Source of the DNA: Octopus sinensis
Taxonomy: Eukaryota
DNA: 64,000 nt
NCBI RefSeq assembly: GCF_006345805.1
Contig: NC_042999.1
Span: 153,202,001 to 153,266,000, forward strand
Reading direction: 5' to 3'
Made by a program: the position numbers and the translations under genes. Below are positions 51,543 through 64,000 of this stretch, piece by piece (the stretch's first letter is position 1; every line of letters starts with the position of its first letter). The notes under the pieces are model-generated. The model was not told the DNA's origin, did no database searches, and worked only from the letters and a program-made list of their open reading frames with translations.

Positions 51543-51659
51543 CAAGTCCAAACCCGCATGCGGACAAATCATCTGTGAGTGTTGAATTCGATGATGGGGA
51601 TACTGGCCGCATACCAATTGACCATATAAGGATGTTACCCCAAGACTTCCCCATTGCAT
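51543..51659 (+). CDS. TNRC18: Exon 25 (phase 1-1), SPNPHADKSSVSVEFDDGDTGRIPIDHIRMLPQDFPIA
   Basis: tgttttatag acceptor, CAT|GTAAGT donor; Tudor 2 end. Confidence 0.95.
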
Positions 51660-53506
51660 GTAAGTTGCTTTTCCTCTTCATATATATCTTTGGCCTAAAA
51701 ACTAATGTATCACTACACACACACACACACACTTGTTGGCAGATAAGTAGCTTTCTATGTAAATTTATTTTATAAGTGTGTATATATTATATTCAGCAAA
51801 CTTGTTAAAAAACAATCTCTCTCTACATATATCACACACACACACACACACATGTAATGATTTACGATGTAATAATGCATGGGCTAATTATATTTGGTCA
51901 AAACAACTACTCTATGTCCATCCATCCATCCATCAAGATAATATATGTGTGTGTGTGTGTGTATGTAGAACCATATGCTTCATCTGGGTATGTATAAACA
52001 TGTATTCTGGGTTGGTCCACAACAACAATTTGTTGTCATGGAAGTTGTTGCTGTTGATATCATTTTTGTTGTCGAAGTTGTTGTCTTTCCATATATATAT
52101 CTCTGTTCCTGTAGTAGTAGTAAATGTTGTTGTTGTTCTTGTTGTTACCGCCATGATTCATTTGCATAAGCAATTTGTGGGTACAATTAAATGTTTCCAT
52201 GACCGAGGGTCACGCCCTCATTCTGTCAGCGTCACATCATCCATGCCATTATCACTGTTTGTGATCCTCTTCTTTTTCATCATCATCATGATCATCATCA
52301 CAAACATCATTGTTACCTTTGTTGTCCTATATAAAAAAAAAAATCACTATTTTTGTTATTTGTATTTTTGTTGTTGTTTATGCTGTTATTTCCCTGTTAT
52401 TGCTGTTGTTACTGTTGCCGTTTACCTTTGTTATTGTTCATCACCAACATTGTCATCATCATGAACCTGCAATCGCCATTATTGATCTCTTACATGCCAT
52501 TTTCATTATTGCCATTATTCATTATTCATTAATCTCGTTAGCCATCTATTTATTCGTAAATATGTAAAACATTTAACTCTCTGTTGTCATTATACAGTTT
52601 TTCATTTCCCAATCAATGTCATTCCTGCAATATTGATCTCCAATCATCATCATCATCCTCATCATTACAGAGCAGCAAATACTCATTTCCTTCTCTGGGT
52701 GAGCTTCAGCAAAAGAAGTTTGTTTGTTATCCTATGAGAATATTCACCACACCACGTCTTCGTTGTACCCCGTGATCCACATTTCATCTGACACGTCTCT
52801 CTGTTGCATTTAAAATCGTCATCATCCACCTCGTCATTATCATATGTGTGCAAATATATAGTGACATCACTTAATTTAAGGACTAAAGATTGATGATTAA
52901 ACAATAATCATTTTAATTTTATTTAATCATTAGTCAACCAAATGTCATATGTAATGCATATTCACGTTCTTTTGAATCAACCAGGCATTGTCCTGTAGCT
53001 TCAAGATTTAGATGGTGCAATTGGTTTTTTAGAATGGCATTTTAGGGTAGCTTTAAGAGGCTAGATATGGGTGGCTTGAGCATAAAGCAGGTATTTGAGC
53101 CAGGCCTGGCTGGTTTTAAATGCTAAACAGTTAAACATAAATATTTTAAATTTGTAAAATGAAATAAGGCAGTGAGCTGATAGAAACGGTAGCATCCTGG
53201 ACGAAATGCTTTATGTTCTGAGTTCCGATTCCGCTGAGGTCGACTTTACCTTTCTTCCTTTCGGGGTCGATAAATTAAGTACCAGTTGTGTACTTGGGTC
53301 GATCTAATCGACTAGCCAAAAATTTCAGGCCTTGTGCCTAGAGTAGAAATGAAATAATTAACCTTCGATAATTGAACACTGAAATCTACATCTCTTAATT
53401 GAAATGCATTTTTGGAAAAAGAAAGGTTTCTTTTCCTAATTAAAAATAAAATATTATGGATGCCCTTCATAATGCCAACCACAAAATGTACTGGATGCTT
53501 TTTACG

Positions 53507-53909
53507 TGGCACTAGCAGCACAAGTGCATTATGTGGCACCAACATGAGTGCATCATGTGGCATCAACATGAGTGCATCATGTGGCATCAATATGAGTGCA
53601 TCATGTGGCACCAGCACGAGTGCATCATGTGGCACCAGCACGAGTGCATCATGTGGCACCAGCACGAGTGCATCATGTGGCACCAGCACGAGTGCATCAT
53701 GTGGCACCAGCACGAGTGCATCATGTGGCACCAGCACGAGTGCATCATGTGGCACCAGCACGAGTGCATCATGTGGCACCAGCACGAGTGCATCATGTGG
53801 CACCAACATGAGTGCATCATGTGGCACCAACATGAGTGCATCATGTGGCACAAGCACGAGTGCATCATGTGGCACCAACATGAGTGCATCATGTGACACC
53901 AGCACGAGC
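53507..53909 (+). repeat. 24-bp minisatellite CATCATGTGGCACCAGCACGAGTG, about 17 copies, inside a LINE tail remnant
   Basis: Direct inspection; explains the repetitive ORFs at 53312-53972. Confidence 0.95.
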
Positions 53910-54937
53910 GATGGTGCATTTTTATGCGGCACCAGCTCGGGTTTCTTTGGCTTATTCAAATGTCAGGTTTAAGCTTACATAAATTTAAAAGAGTAAAAAT
54001 TAAAAATGTCTTTCTATTCCTATGTAGTTTGAATATTAAAGAGATTGATTAAATATATAAATGATTAATGTTTAATCATGGGTATACTGTTGTTTTTAAA
54101 CGAACTGATGTCACTGTAACGACCAGAAACATCCTGTACACTATGGATACTGCATCGTTATCAAATTATCTTGTGTATTACATCGTGAAGCATTGCCAAG
54201 TGCTGTCTTTGTCATCATCGTCACCACAAATATCATCCTCCTCATCGTCATCCTTGTGATTCTCCTCCTCCTCCAGCTCATTTTCATCACCACCACTGCC
54301 GTCGCCACCACCACCGACATCATCGCCATTGTCATCGTCATCATCATCATCATCAACAGCAACAACACCACCACCCTGGGTTAGCTTCTTACAAGCAAAG
54401 GAGAAAGCTAAGGTTATTTGCTACAAGAGAATTATTTATGTATGTGAAGAACTTGGTTAAAGGGGAGAAAATTAATGAAATAAAGGATAGGAACAAAAAT
54501 ATGAAAATTGGTGGAAAATATTGGAAATTATGTGAAGGAATAACAAAAATATAAGCAAGATGGATCAGAGTGGTGATTTGGTAGTGAAGAATAAATGAAT
54601 GATGGCTTTGCTAGAGTGAAACTTTTCTATGGAACTGGTTCAGAGTTTGCACTGGTTCCTGGATACACACACATATGCAGACACAGAATTATACGTCCAA
54701 AAATTCTGTTGAAACTCTGACCCCAAAGTCTTATAGACCTAGCAAACCCATCATCCTTTTCTTTATAGCACCAAATTATGGCATTGATCTTCTTTGCTTA
54801 TTGTTTTTGTTATTTTCCAGTTTCATTTCTATTATTTCTCCCTTTTTCATGTTTTTGTTCACAGTATTCATACATCTGTGTGCATATTTATATATGCATA
54901 CATGTATGTATACACATACATGCCCATATATATATTA

Positions 54938-55753
54938 GGTTTGATCAATAAGTATTCAGACTGTTACCATAGTAACAAAGCTAAAGCCCACAGTGAAGCT
55001 GCCTGGCACAAATTGACCTTGAACTCTGCTGTACATACACACTAAGTTTTAACATTCTAGCTCACTTCGGCTGTTTACAGCAGTGCTTGGAAGGAAGGTG
55101 TGTAGCGTGTGATCGTCGCACTTACCATGACAAAGTTGCAGAAAGTGTATGGAGAGGAGTGCATGAGCCACACACAAGTGTACAAGTGGTTCAGACATTT
55201 CCAAGATGAATGCTCTGGGAGACCTGCAACCAGCAGAACTGAGTAAAACATTGCAGATGTGTGTGCAGCTGTGAGGGGAATTGCTGTATCACCATCTGTG
55301 AATTACTAGAGGATGTGCAGATTAGTTACAGTTCAGTTCAATCTATTTATAACTGAAGATTTGGGTATGAGGTGCATGCCTAATAAGTTTGCATCAAAAC
55401 TGCATTCAGCAGACCAAAAAGACACTCGGGTTTCAGTTGCATAAGATCTCCTTGATTGTGTTGAGAATGATGAAAGCTCTTTGAAAATTTTGTGTAGGCC
55501 TCTGAGCAGATATCGCAAAGCTTTTGGCAAAATTTGATGCAGATTCTCTGCTCATCTTTATCATGGTCAGTACGATGATCACATGCGACACATGTTCCTT
55601 CCAAGTATTGCTGTAAACAGTGAAAGTGAGCTAGAATGTTAAAACTTAGTGTACATGCACAGCAGTTCAAGGTCAATTCGTGCCAAGCAGCTTCACCCTC
55701 CATGCTTTAGTTTCATTACTATAGCAACAGTCTGGATACTTATTGATCAAACC
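54938..55753 (+). mobile_element. Internally deleted mariner-type transposon with about 130-bp inverted ends
   Basis: Inverted ends 54938-55068 and 55623-55753; remnants QKVYGEECMSHTQVYKWFRHF, SGRPATSRT, EDLGMRCMPNKFASKL match the mariner HTH/linker; no DDD domain. Confidence 0.85.
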
Positions 55754-56273
55754 GCACACACTCACATATATACGGGGTTGCTGAAGAGTTTCTGGCATTA
55801 AGGGTCTTGCAAAAGGCCTGGTTGGAGGTTCCCTCGTCTGAGTTCTTTTACCGGTCTTAGAAAATCTGAAGGACTGCTGCAATAAGTCTGTGAATCTGAG
55901 AGGGGAATATATTGAATAAAATCATAATTAACCCAAAGCCAGGAACCTTGAGCACACCCTCACATATATACATACATACATATATCTATATATATATATA
56001 TACACACACACACGCAGGGAAATGAACACGTGTGTGCCTGTATACATATTCATGTATATAGCTTCTCAGTTATATATATGTGTGTGTGTGTGAGATTGAT
56101 GTCGTGTCTTTACAGTTGAATGTGGTTTATTACAGCAGTGGCAGAATTGATATTATTTCAATAACAAATCCAGTAATAACAGGTTAATGAGTGTTGTTGG
56201 TGGATTAAGTTAAAAATATTAACAGTATTGACAGAAGAGATAACAGGGATAGGTAGTGTCTAGATAGGCAGAT

Positions 56274-56554
56274 CAGGGCTTTGGAGTCTAAACAAAAAAT
56301 CTCCGACTCCTTTACTATTGGCACCTCTGACTCTAACTCCTCTATGTAATTAAGTGATTGTGGTCTATTCTTCCAACTCCGACTTCAGCTACTCCTTAAT
56401 CGTTTCTGACTCTGACTCTGCGGCTCTGACTCTGCGGCTCTGACTCCGCGGCCCTGACTCCGCGGCCCTGACTCCGCGGCCCTGACTCCGCGGCCCTGAC
56501 TCCGCGGCCCTGACTCCGCGGCCCTGACTCCGCGGCCCTGACTCCACAGCTCTG
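56274..56554. mobile_element. hAT-like MITE containing a 14-bp minisatellite
   Basis: TIR CAGGGCTTTGGAGTC / GACTCCACAGCTCTG (13/15); flanking 8-mers AGGCAGAT and AGCTAGAT (6/8). Confidence 0.65.
56412..56552 (+). repeat. 14-bp CpG-rich minisatellite CTGACTCCGCGGCC, about 10 copies
   Basis: Direct inspection. Confidence 0.92.
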
Positions 56555-57044
56555 AGCTAGATAGAGATACAGACAGATTGGTAGATAAGATATTAAGCTA
56601 AATTAAGTGGCTATTGATGTGATAACAAACACACAAACAGTATGTCTGATGACGGATATATTTAATTTTGATTTATTCAGCAAAAAACCTCAGTCAACAC
56701 TTATTTGTTAGTTAAAATAATCGCCTTACCTTCCTCTCGTTCTCCCTCCATCTCCTCTAAGTAGCTACTTATATTTGTCTCCTCTTCTGTCAATACTGTT
56801 AATATTTTTAGCCTAATGCACGGACAAAACTTGCATCAAAAATTATCCTGGCAATTTTCGGCAGTTTGTCATTGAATTAATATCAATATCTCATACAGCT
56901 GCAATAAACCATATTCACCTGCAAAGACACCAAACCAACAATTGTGTGTGCATATAGCTATATACATATCACACACACAGACACACACACACACACATCT
57001 ATGTGTGTATATATGTGTATATATGTACACGTGTATATGTATGC

Positions 57045-57089
<45 letters not shown>

Positions 57090-57743
57090 TACATACACAC
57101 ATTCAAATTATGCATAAGAAGCAGTTCCTGATTAAAACCTTTATCTATTTGGCACGCTCTTAGAATATTTATTTCATTGAAATGTCAGAGGCTGCAATAA
57201 CCATATGAGTAAAGATCCCTTATAATATACTTCAGAGTTAGACAAAACAAAATCCCCAGAAGTGCTCATGAGAATTACAGCTGTACATTTTGCCATTGCA
57301 TAGTTTGGATTTTATTTAGCCTTGCAGCCTCTTTGCATAATCAGTGAATTGTTTATTCACTGTTTCTCTATACTTCAGGCTGGCCAGGGCAACTTTGTGT
57401 TGCAAATGACTTGCATGCGAAGAATTACAAACTGTACAAGTAGCGAAATGTGCATCTTTCTTTCTCGTGGTCACTTCTTGGACATTTTCATTTTATCTTG
57501 CTGTGAAGTAAATTGTGTTTAACTCAGTACATCTATTGATGAACCTTAACCCAAGCCAACAACTGCAGCTACTGAGCTTTTAATGATATAACATGCAATG
57601 TGTCATATTGACAAAGGTTTTAACCCCGAGCTATTTTATTACATAATTTGATATATATATGGGTGTAGGGCATAGATATCAAGATCATTCGCTGGTGAAT
57701 TTTTGTTTCTTAATGTATTGATTCTTGTTTCCTTCTTCCTTAG

Positions 57744-59342
57744 CTTATGACCAAAACCCTATTTTGCTGATGGGTAAACGACGGCGGAAGACCATAACTG
57801 AAGATGTGGACAGTAGGAAGTCATCAGCTTCTGACACAATCACAAGTGGTAGTTCTTCAGACAGTAAACGTGCATCAAAGTCGAAATCTTCATCGTCCAG
57901 TGCGAAATCCACTTCGTCCTCTTCGAAATCACAGATTAGAAAACAGCAAAAGCAACAGAAAAAACAGCAACACAAACAACAAAAGCAACAATCTCAGCTT
58001 CATTCCCCTCCTCCCCCAACTTCTACCACCCCTACATCAACTGCTTCTGGTTCTACGGCTCCAACGCCACGAGCACCGACACCACCTGCTGCAGTCCCTC
58101 AGGTGTTCAAATTTGATTCCCTTGTGAAAACCCAGCACAAATCCAATGCGGATGTGAAAGCTAGAGGTTTCAAAGTACTGTCAACAGCAACATCTTCATC
58201 GTCTTCCTCTTCATCCTCATTATCATCATCAGCATCATCATCATCGTCATCTTCATTATCATTGATGCCCTCAACAGCCATGGGGTCGTCCAGTTCATCT
58301 GGTTTAGCAACTCAGACTGTCGTTTCAAATAACACTACCACGTGTCACAAATCAGCTGCTGCCACCGCCACTACCAGCGGCGCGGGCAATTCTTCCACGT
58401 CCACATCTGCTGCTGCTTCCACAGCAGCAACAACCTTATTCAAGGATGCACTCCATCCGAAATACACCACCAATGCCAATTCTACAGAGATTGCACTCCA
58501 ACGAAAACACAAAGGTCGTAAGGAACTGATGCCAGCACACTCTGTTCACCATCGTATACACTCACACAAGAGCTCACAGCAGAAGGACAAAATGAAAAAA
58601 GAAAAAAAATCCACGGCGTCAGTGTCGAAAGCAAATCGTTCTGGGCGTGATATGTCTTTGTCTTCAAACTGTGGTGAGAGCTTCTTATTCAATCATAAAT
58701 GCGAAAAAAAAACGGTTTTGCCAAATTCTTCTAAAATAGTACCGAAAACTCCTAATTCCTCATTTTCAATTATCCGAGCCGCTTCATTCGATTACAAAAC
58801 TGAGAGTGCCAAGTCTCTCAGTCATTCGTCTCCCGTTCCTTCTTCACTTTCCAATGCTGCAACTAATTCTTCAAAATCTCCATCTTCTTCGAGTTCTCCA
58901 TCTTCTTCCTCTCCCCCCACCTCAACTCCTACTGCCACTTTGTCTACTGCTACTTCTAATACAACTACCTCTTCTTCTTCTTCTTCCTCGTCATCCTCCA
59001 CCCCCACTCCCACGCCTCCTCCTCCTTCATTTTCTTCTTCTTTTCCGGCAAGTTCTTTAACATCTTCAAATTCCACTTGCGCAAATACTCCTTCCGTTTC
59101 GGCCAGTGATCGTAGCATGGCCAGCAACGACAGTCCGTTCTGTCCGTCATTGCAACCAGATCTTAGTAGGCATCCTTCATCGAGCGACACTGACAGGTTT
59201 TGCTCTGTGCTAAAGCGAAAAGTTACTGAGAAAAATCTTGCAAAGGTTCAAAAGCCAGTTTCAAAGAGTTTGAAACATAACAGCAGCAAGCGGAAGGCGT
59301 CAGAAAGAACAATATCGTCAGAAAACAAAAGTAAAATCGCAG
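57744..59342 (+). CDS. TNRC18: Exon 26 (1,599 nt, phase 1-1), YDQNPILLMGKRRRK plus S/T/K-rich disordered region
   Basis: cttcttccttag acceptor, CAG|GTACAT donor, ORF 57725-59365; downstream exons not found in window. Confidence 0.9.
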
Positions 59343-60002
59343 GTACATTTTTGATTTATCACTAAAACTCGCTAAACTGAGTGCATCTCCATGTGTGTGT
59401 GAATTCATTTCCGTACCTTACACAAACACATCTGTGCTAACACTCAGAGGAAAACATGCATACATACATAGACACACGCATGCACATATACGTATATAAA
59501 CACATCTATGTTCACACACAAATACACACATACAGAGCAATGGCAATACACATACACAATCAGACACGAATACAGACGCACACACACATGCTGAGGAATT
59601 TGTACATATATATATATTCATACATATCTAATATAGGATAAAATTTTTTCGGAAAAAAATTTTATCAATGGCCAGCATATTAAAAAATGCCTTCAAAGGT
59701 TAAATTTATAAACAACTTATAAATGAGGGCAAATGAAAAAAAAAATTTCTAATACCAAATATGCAGAAACTAGACACATTGTCCATAACCATATAATTCA
59801 TCAGAAATTTTTTCTTTTGCCCTTGTTTATAAGTTATATTCATACATATATATATTCATGTATGTATGTGTGTGTGTGTATATATGTATGTATCTAACAA
59901 TTATCCAGCAAACACACACATGCATATAATTGCACACACACACACACACACACACTCAGACACAGAGCCATATATATATATATATGTATACATACATGTA
60001 TG

Positions 60003-60033
<31 letters not shown>

Positions 60034-60428
60034 ACATGTGGGAATATAAGTGTGTGTTACCACATGCATATGAATGGATGTCACTTCAAGCATGTGTTTT
60101 TTATTTACATATATTGCAAAAAAAAAAAAAGTATTACACACCGCTATTTATTTTTGCGTGTTTAACTACTAATTTTTTATCTATCTGCAGCTTTATATAT
60201 ATATATACATATATATGCATTAATCAACCAGCTTCATGCAACTTGTGTATAAATTGCATGGGTGTTGAATGCACACATCAATACATAATTTGTGCAAATG
60301 TTAATGTCTTTCTGTGTCTACATATTTCTATGTACACAATATCTTTTGAGCAAAACAGAAGCTACTACATACACGCTATTAAACAAAGCTACACATATTC
60401 AGGTGCCTATGTATGTATGTAACCTATG

Positions 60429-60487
<59 letters not shown>

Positions 60488-61564
60488 TTGTGTGTATGTA
60501 CGAATGTATTTGTGTGTGTCTACGTACACTTTGCATACATTTATTTATATATCATCCAGTATTTTAAATCCGGGTGTTGTCCTCGTTAACAGGGGTGGCT
60601 GGATCTACCTCAATACCATGGCAACCAAGGTAGGCAGGTGCAGCCCACCCCAACCTTTGGGCTGGCTGGCTGGTGCCCATTCTCCTTTGCTGTCATAAGG
60701 CTTTTTGGCAGCTAGATTTTCTACAGGGAGCATACCCTTGCTTACCGCCTACCTCACTTTCTAAACCTGAGTGGTCCCGAGACCAAGGCCTCTACCACAA
60801 TTTTTAAGAAATGTGGTGGAAAAGTAGCTCAGGAAGGCAGGGACACTACTCCCTAAGAACCCTTTCGGCGCCCCACTACCCATATAATTTATATTAATAT
60901 AACATAGTTGCTTTGGCACGTGTTTCTTTGCTGCTTGACACTCAGTAAGTAAGGTTCTGTTTTCTGAAAAAATTATTTAGCTTTTAACCTACAAAAGATA
61001 TCCTTTATGCCTTGTGTCATAAACTCTAACTTTAACAGAAAAAGAAGAAAAAAAAAATTATAAAACAACTGGCATTTTATTTGACCTGCGTAATCTCAGT
61101 CTAGTGTTTTAGCATACCGTAGCTTATTTTGTCCTGGAAGTACATTCTGCTTTCGCTCCGTTCGTTCTCTCGAGACTGACCTGATACCTACCGATTTTTT
61201 TTTTTTTTTTTTTTTTCCTCCCCTTATAATGAAATTGATAGAACCTACATGGCTTGTGAAATATACATGAAGCTTTAAGAATATCTTAGTTTAAATGCAG
61301 TGTTTTTTGTGACTCCGCCCTACCCCAGTGAATGTCTGATAATTCAAAAGATGCTATTTTCTTTTAATAATAATAATAATAATCACCTTAACCTTTCTCT
61401 CTCTTTTTCTATTACTCCCCCACTCGCTAAACATGCTTGTGTGAATTTATTTATATATATATATATATATAATGGAGAAATTGTACAAAATGTATAAATA
61501 GATGATGAGTAAAGCACTGGCACAGTTTCGATTACCGTGGATTTATTGCAGGAACTTCGTAGTG

Positions 61565-61676
61565 ACACATGTTTCAACCCATTCTAGGTCTCTTCAGGTA
61601 TATCGATAAAAGGTCTCACTAGAGATTTCTTGAGTTGGCGTACCTGAAGAGACACAGAACGGGTTGAAACATGTGT
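61565..61676. repeat. Inverted repeat, 36-bp arms (61565-61600, 61641-61676), 33/36 identical
   Basis: Each arm carries CTGAAGA...GAAACATGTGT. Confidence 0.9.
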
Positions 61677-61687
61677 TGTACCCAATT
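61633..61687 (+). ncRNA. Type I minimal hammerhead ribozyme, canonical CUGAAGA/GAAA core, Penelope-type
   Basis: 10-bp stem I with one bulge (AGTTGG(C)GTAC / GTACCCAATT), stem II GAC/GTT, self-complementary ACATGTGT stem III, GUU triplet. Confidence 0.65.
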
Positions 61688-64000
61688 AAGTCTGTTACAC
61701 ATTCCATCTCCTATTTTATTAATACTATATATATATATGTGTGTGTGTGTGTACACAAACAGCAACATTGAACAAAAGTAAGTGTTCAGGAGCATAGTTG
61801 GTGGATTAAGAGTACTACCAATGGTTTCATGCGGAAAATTAACATTTTTACCAACTTCCTCAAATGAAACACTTGAAAAGGGGCAAATTTTCCTAATCAT
61901 TGAAATCATTTGTATCACTGTTAATCCACAAATAAGGTATATTTATGTGTGTATAGGGACAACAAGAAAAACTAAACAAAGGATCAGACATTTTTATTTT
62001 TTTCCATTGTCACTTAACCCACTAATCCAATAATCCGACAATGTGGCTTGCCTGATTTGTGACCTCTGCTTTATGTTATGCATTAAACATATCACACCAG
62101 CATCATATATTGTGAAAAATTGCTTACATTATTTTATTAATAAACAAAATGTGTGACACTGTAGTTAAGGTATCGGCTTCGTGGTCATAATGTTATGGGA
62201 TCAGTTCCTGGAACAGGTAGTGCATTATGTCCTTGAGCAAGGGATTTCATTTTTACATTACTAAGCGGGAATTAACAAACAAAATGTTGGTTCAGCCCTT
62301 TCTCATCATTATGCATTATGTAGCTTGTTATTCTCTTTAAGTGAACATTTTTCTGGTTGAAAAACACCGAAAAATGGCGACACAGCAGTCAAAAAATCAT
62401 AAAAAATTGGGATTTTCGTAGAAAAAAAAGCACCTTTTTGATGTAAATAATTTTTGGTGTTAATATGGTTTGATTTGAATTTTATCTTCTACGGAATGAA
62501 GAGCAAGCCTTCCTCTATCATGCTCTCAATTTTGGTCAACTTTTGCTGCAGGGTCTCAGACGAGATAATGTTAGTTGAAGGCTGCCAAACCTGCCATACA
62601 CAGACAACTTCAGCTTTATATATATAGAGATTGACTATGCACCTACATGTGTATGTGGGTATACACGTAAGAACTCTAAATACATGATGGACAGAACAGG
62701 AAGATGGTATTATTCTGTCAGTTGGTATCTGAATTATTACAGGAAAGTATAAAATGGGTGCCGAGATGGAGTGGCATATCTAAAAAGCAAACCATGCAAT
62801 TTGTCAGCTTTTATGTATATTAGGGCCAGTTATGTGGCTGTTTTTCACATTCATGTTTACAAAAGCTCGTGGCTCTTCTCTCCCAGAGAAAAAAAAAAGG
62901 CCTACCAAAAAAATCTTTTGAAGTCGGTCTCCCCAAAACTATTGTGGTGAAATGACAAAAAAAATATATATATATTGTACTCACACTTGGAGTTTTCAAG
63001 ATTAAAACGTGCAAAATATATGACTATATATATATAAATACTTACAGATGTATTTACATAAATACGATATATATATTTATATGTATATATACATGGTTTT
63101 GTATGTGCATACATGCACGTGTTTTGTATGGCTGTTCACAGATACAAAGCATATACAGAGATGTATGTGTGTGTGCGTGTATGTATTGCCACATATGCAT
63201 ACTTACTCACCATAGATATGTATACATGTGTTTTTATGCTTATGCATAGCTCTTGTACATATATTTGGTTTGCAGTTCCTTAACTAACATAATGACAACC
63301 ATTTGTGTAGTTTTATCTCTGGAGAACTATTGATCTTACCGTAGTCACTTAGAGTTGTTTCCTAGTTTACCATTTACACATTCTTCCATTTGATTCTAGC
63401 AACAAGTCCATATTGAGAGCTGGCTCTTTGAATTCCTTCACAGTTAGGCTACAATTGCGGTTTTCCAATTGGTCAATTGACCTAGTTATTTTCCTTTTTT
63501 TTTTTTTCATTTCTTATTTTTTTACCTATTCTTTTTATCTTGTCATTGAAGCCAAATCTCTGCTCATTTTGCAATCAAGATCCCTACTCTATAATATAAC
63601 TTGTCTTACACCAGCCACTGATTCCCCAAATACTGGATGATAATGGTCAATAATTTGGTGGGGGAGTTTTTCGGTACATTTTTTTATTGAAATCTGAAAA
63701 AAAAAAAAATCAACATAATAGTTATTTATTCTATATTTTTTAATCAATAAGACTAGAAGAATTATGGTCATAACCAGGCAACAGTTGAGCTTAGATTTTG
63801 TAACCAAGCAACCATGTTAGGAAGAAAAAAATTCAGTCAACTATTGTTAGTTTTTCTGTTCTAAACTAGATTGGTATCTGCCATTCTTAGATTTATTTAT
63901 TTATTTTTACCTCAATTTCCTTTGATCTACAATATCCACTTTTCCCTCCCTCTCTCCCTCGCACTTCTCTCTCCCTCTCTCTATTGCATTTTATTTTATC

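Noticed and set aside
53312-53972. Repetitive ORFs (HDALVLVP, WHQHECIM, SASCGTST)
   Set aside because: Products of a stop-free 24-bp minisatellite in a LINE remnant.
54277-54439. His-rich exon candidate after CTCCTCCTCCAG
   Set aside because: The frame is open in phase 1, but the donors after 54379, 54412 and 54439 all end in phase 2 while exon 26 needs phase 1; treated as intronic low complexity.
60571-60651. HDV-like ribozyme suggested by the TCCTCGT loop followed by GG
   Set aside because: No P1 5' strand for CAGGGGT, J4/2 lacks the C-N-R-A pattern, and a simple hairpin pairs better.
56869-60698. Many small ORFs rich in YI, CV and HT repeats
   Set aside because: Translations of (TA)n and (CA)n microsatellites.
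59343-64000. BAH-domain exons expected at the C-terminus
   Set aside because: No BAH-like peptide with splice sites found; these exons presumably lie beyond the window.

Overview
Eukaryotic, AT-rich, microsatellite-dense genomic DNA; the repeat families look like those of octopus (coleoid cephalopod), which is an inference. Nearly the whole window is one + strand gene, the invertebrate TNRC18/BAHCC1 (Drosophila winged eye-like) chromatin reader. I could splice 26 GT-AG exons (451-59342) into one phase-consistent, stop-free frame of 11,190 nt (3,730 codons). It contains the PVGIA motif, the [15 protein letters not shown] coiled coil, AT-hook-like motifs, the RRRSERIFL motif and a tandem Tudor domain. 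The start codon and the expected C-terminal BAH domain are not in the window. Introns hold a young 5'-truncated antisense RTE-like LINE with a PHD finger, many truncated copies of its 3' tail, tRNA-derived SINEs, piggyBac- and hAT-like MITEs, a deleted mariner and several minisatellites. The most unusual signal is three unrelated intronic fold-back elements (about 7.0, 40.0 and 61.6 kb). Each can be folded by hand into a minimal type I hammerhead ribozyme with a self-complementary stem III, and each uses a different Watson-Crick pair at core positions 3-8 (U-A, G-C, C-G). All alignments and folds were done by eye; no database search or folding program was run, and repeat boundaries are approximate unless a TSD or TIR is quoted.
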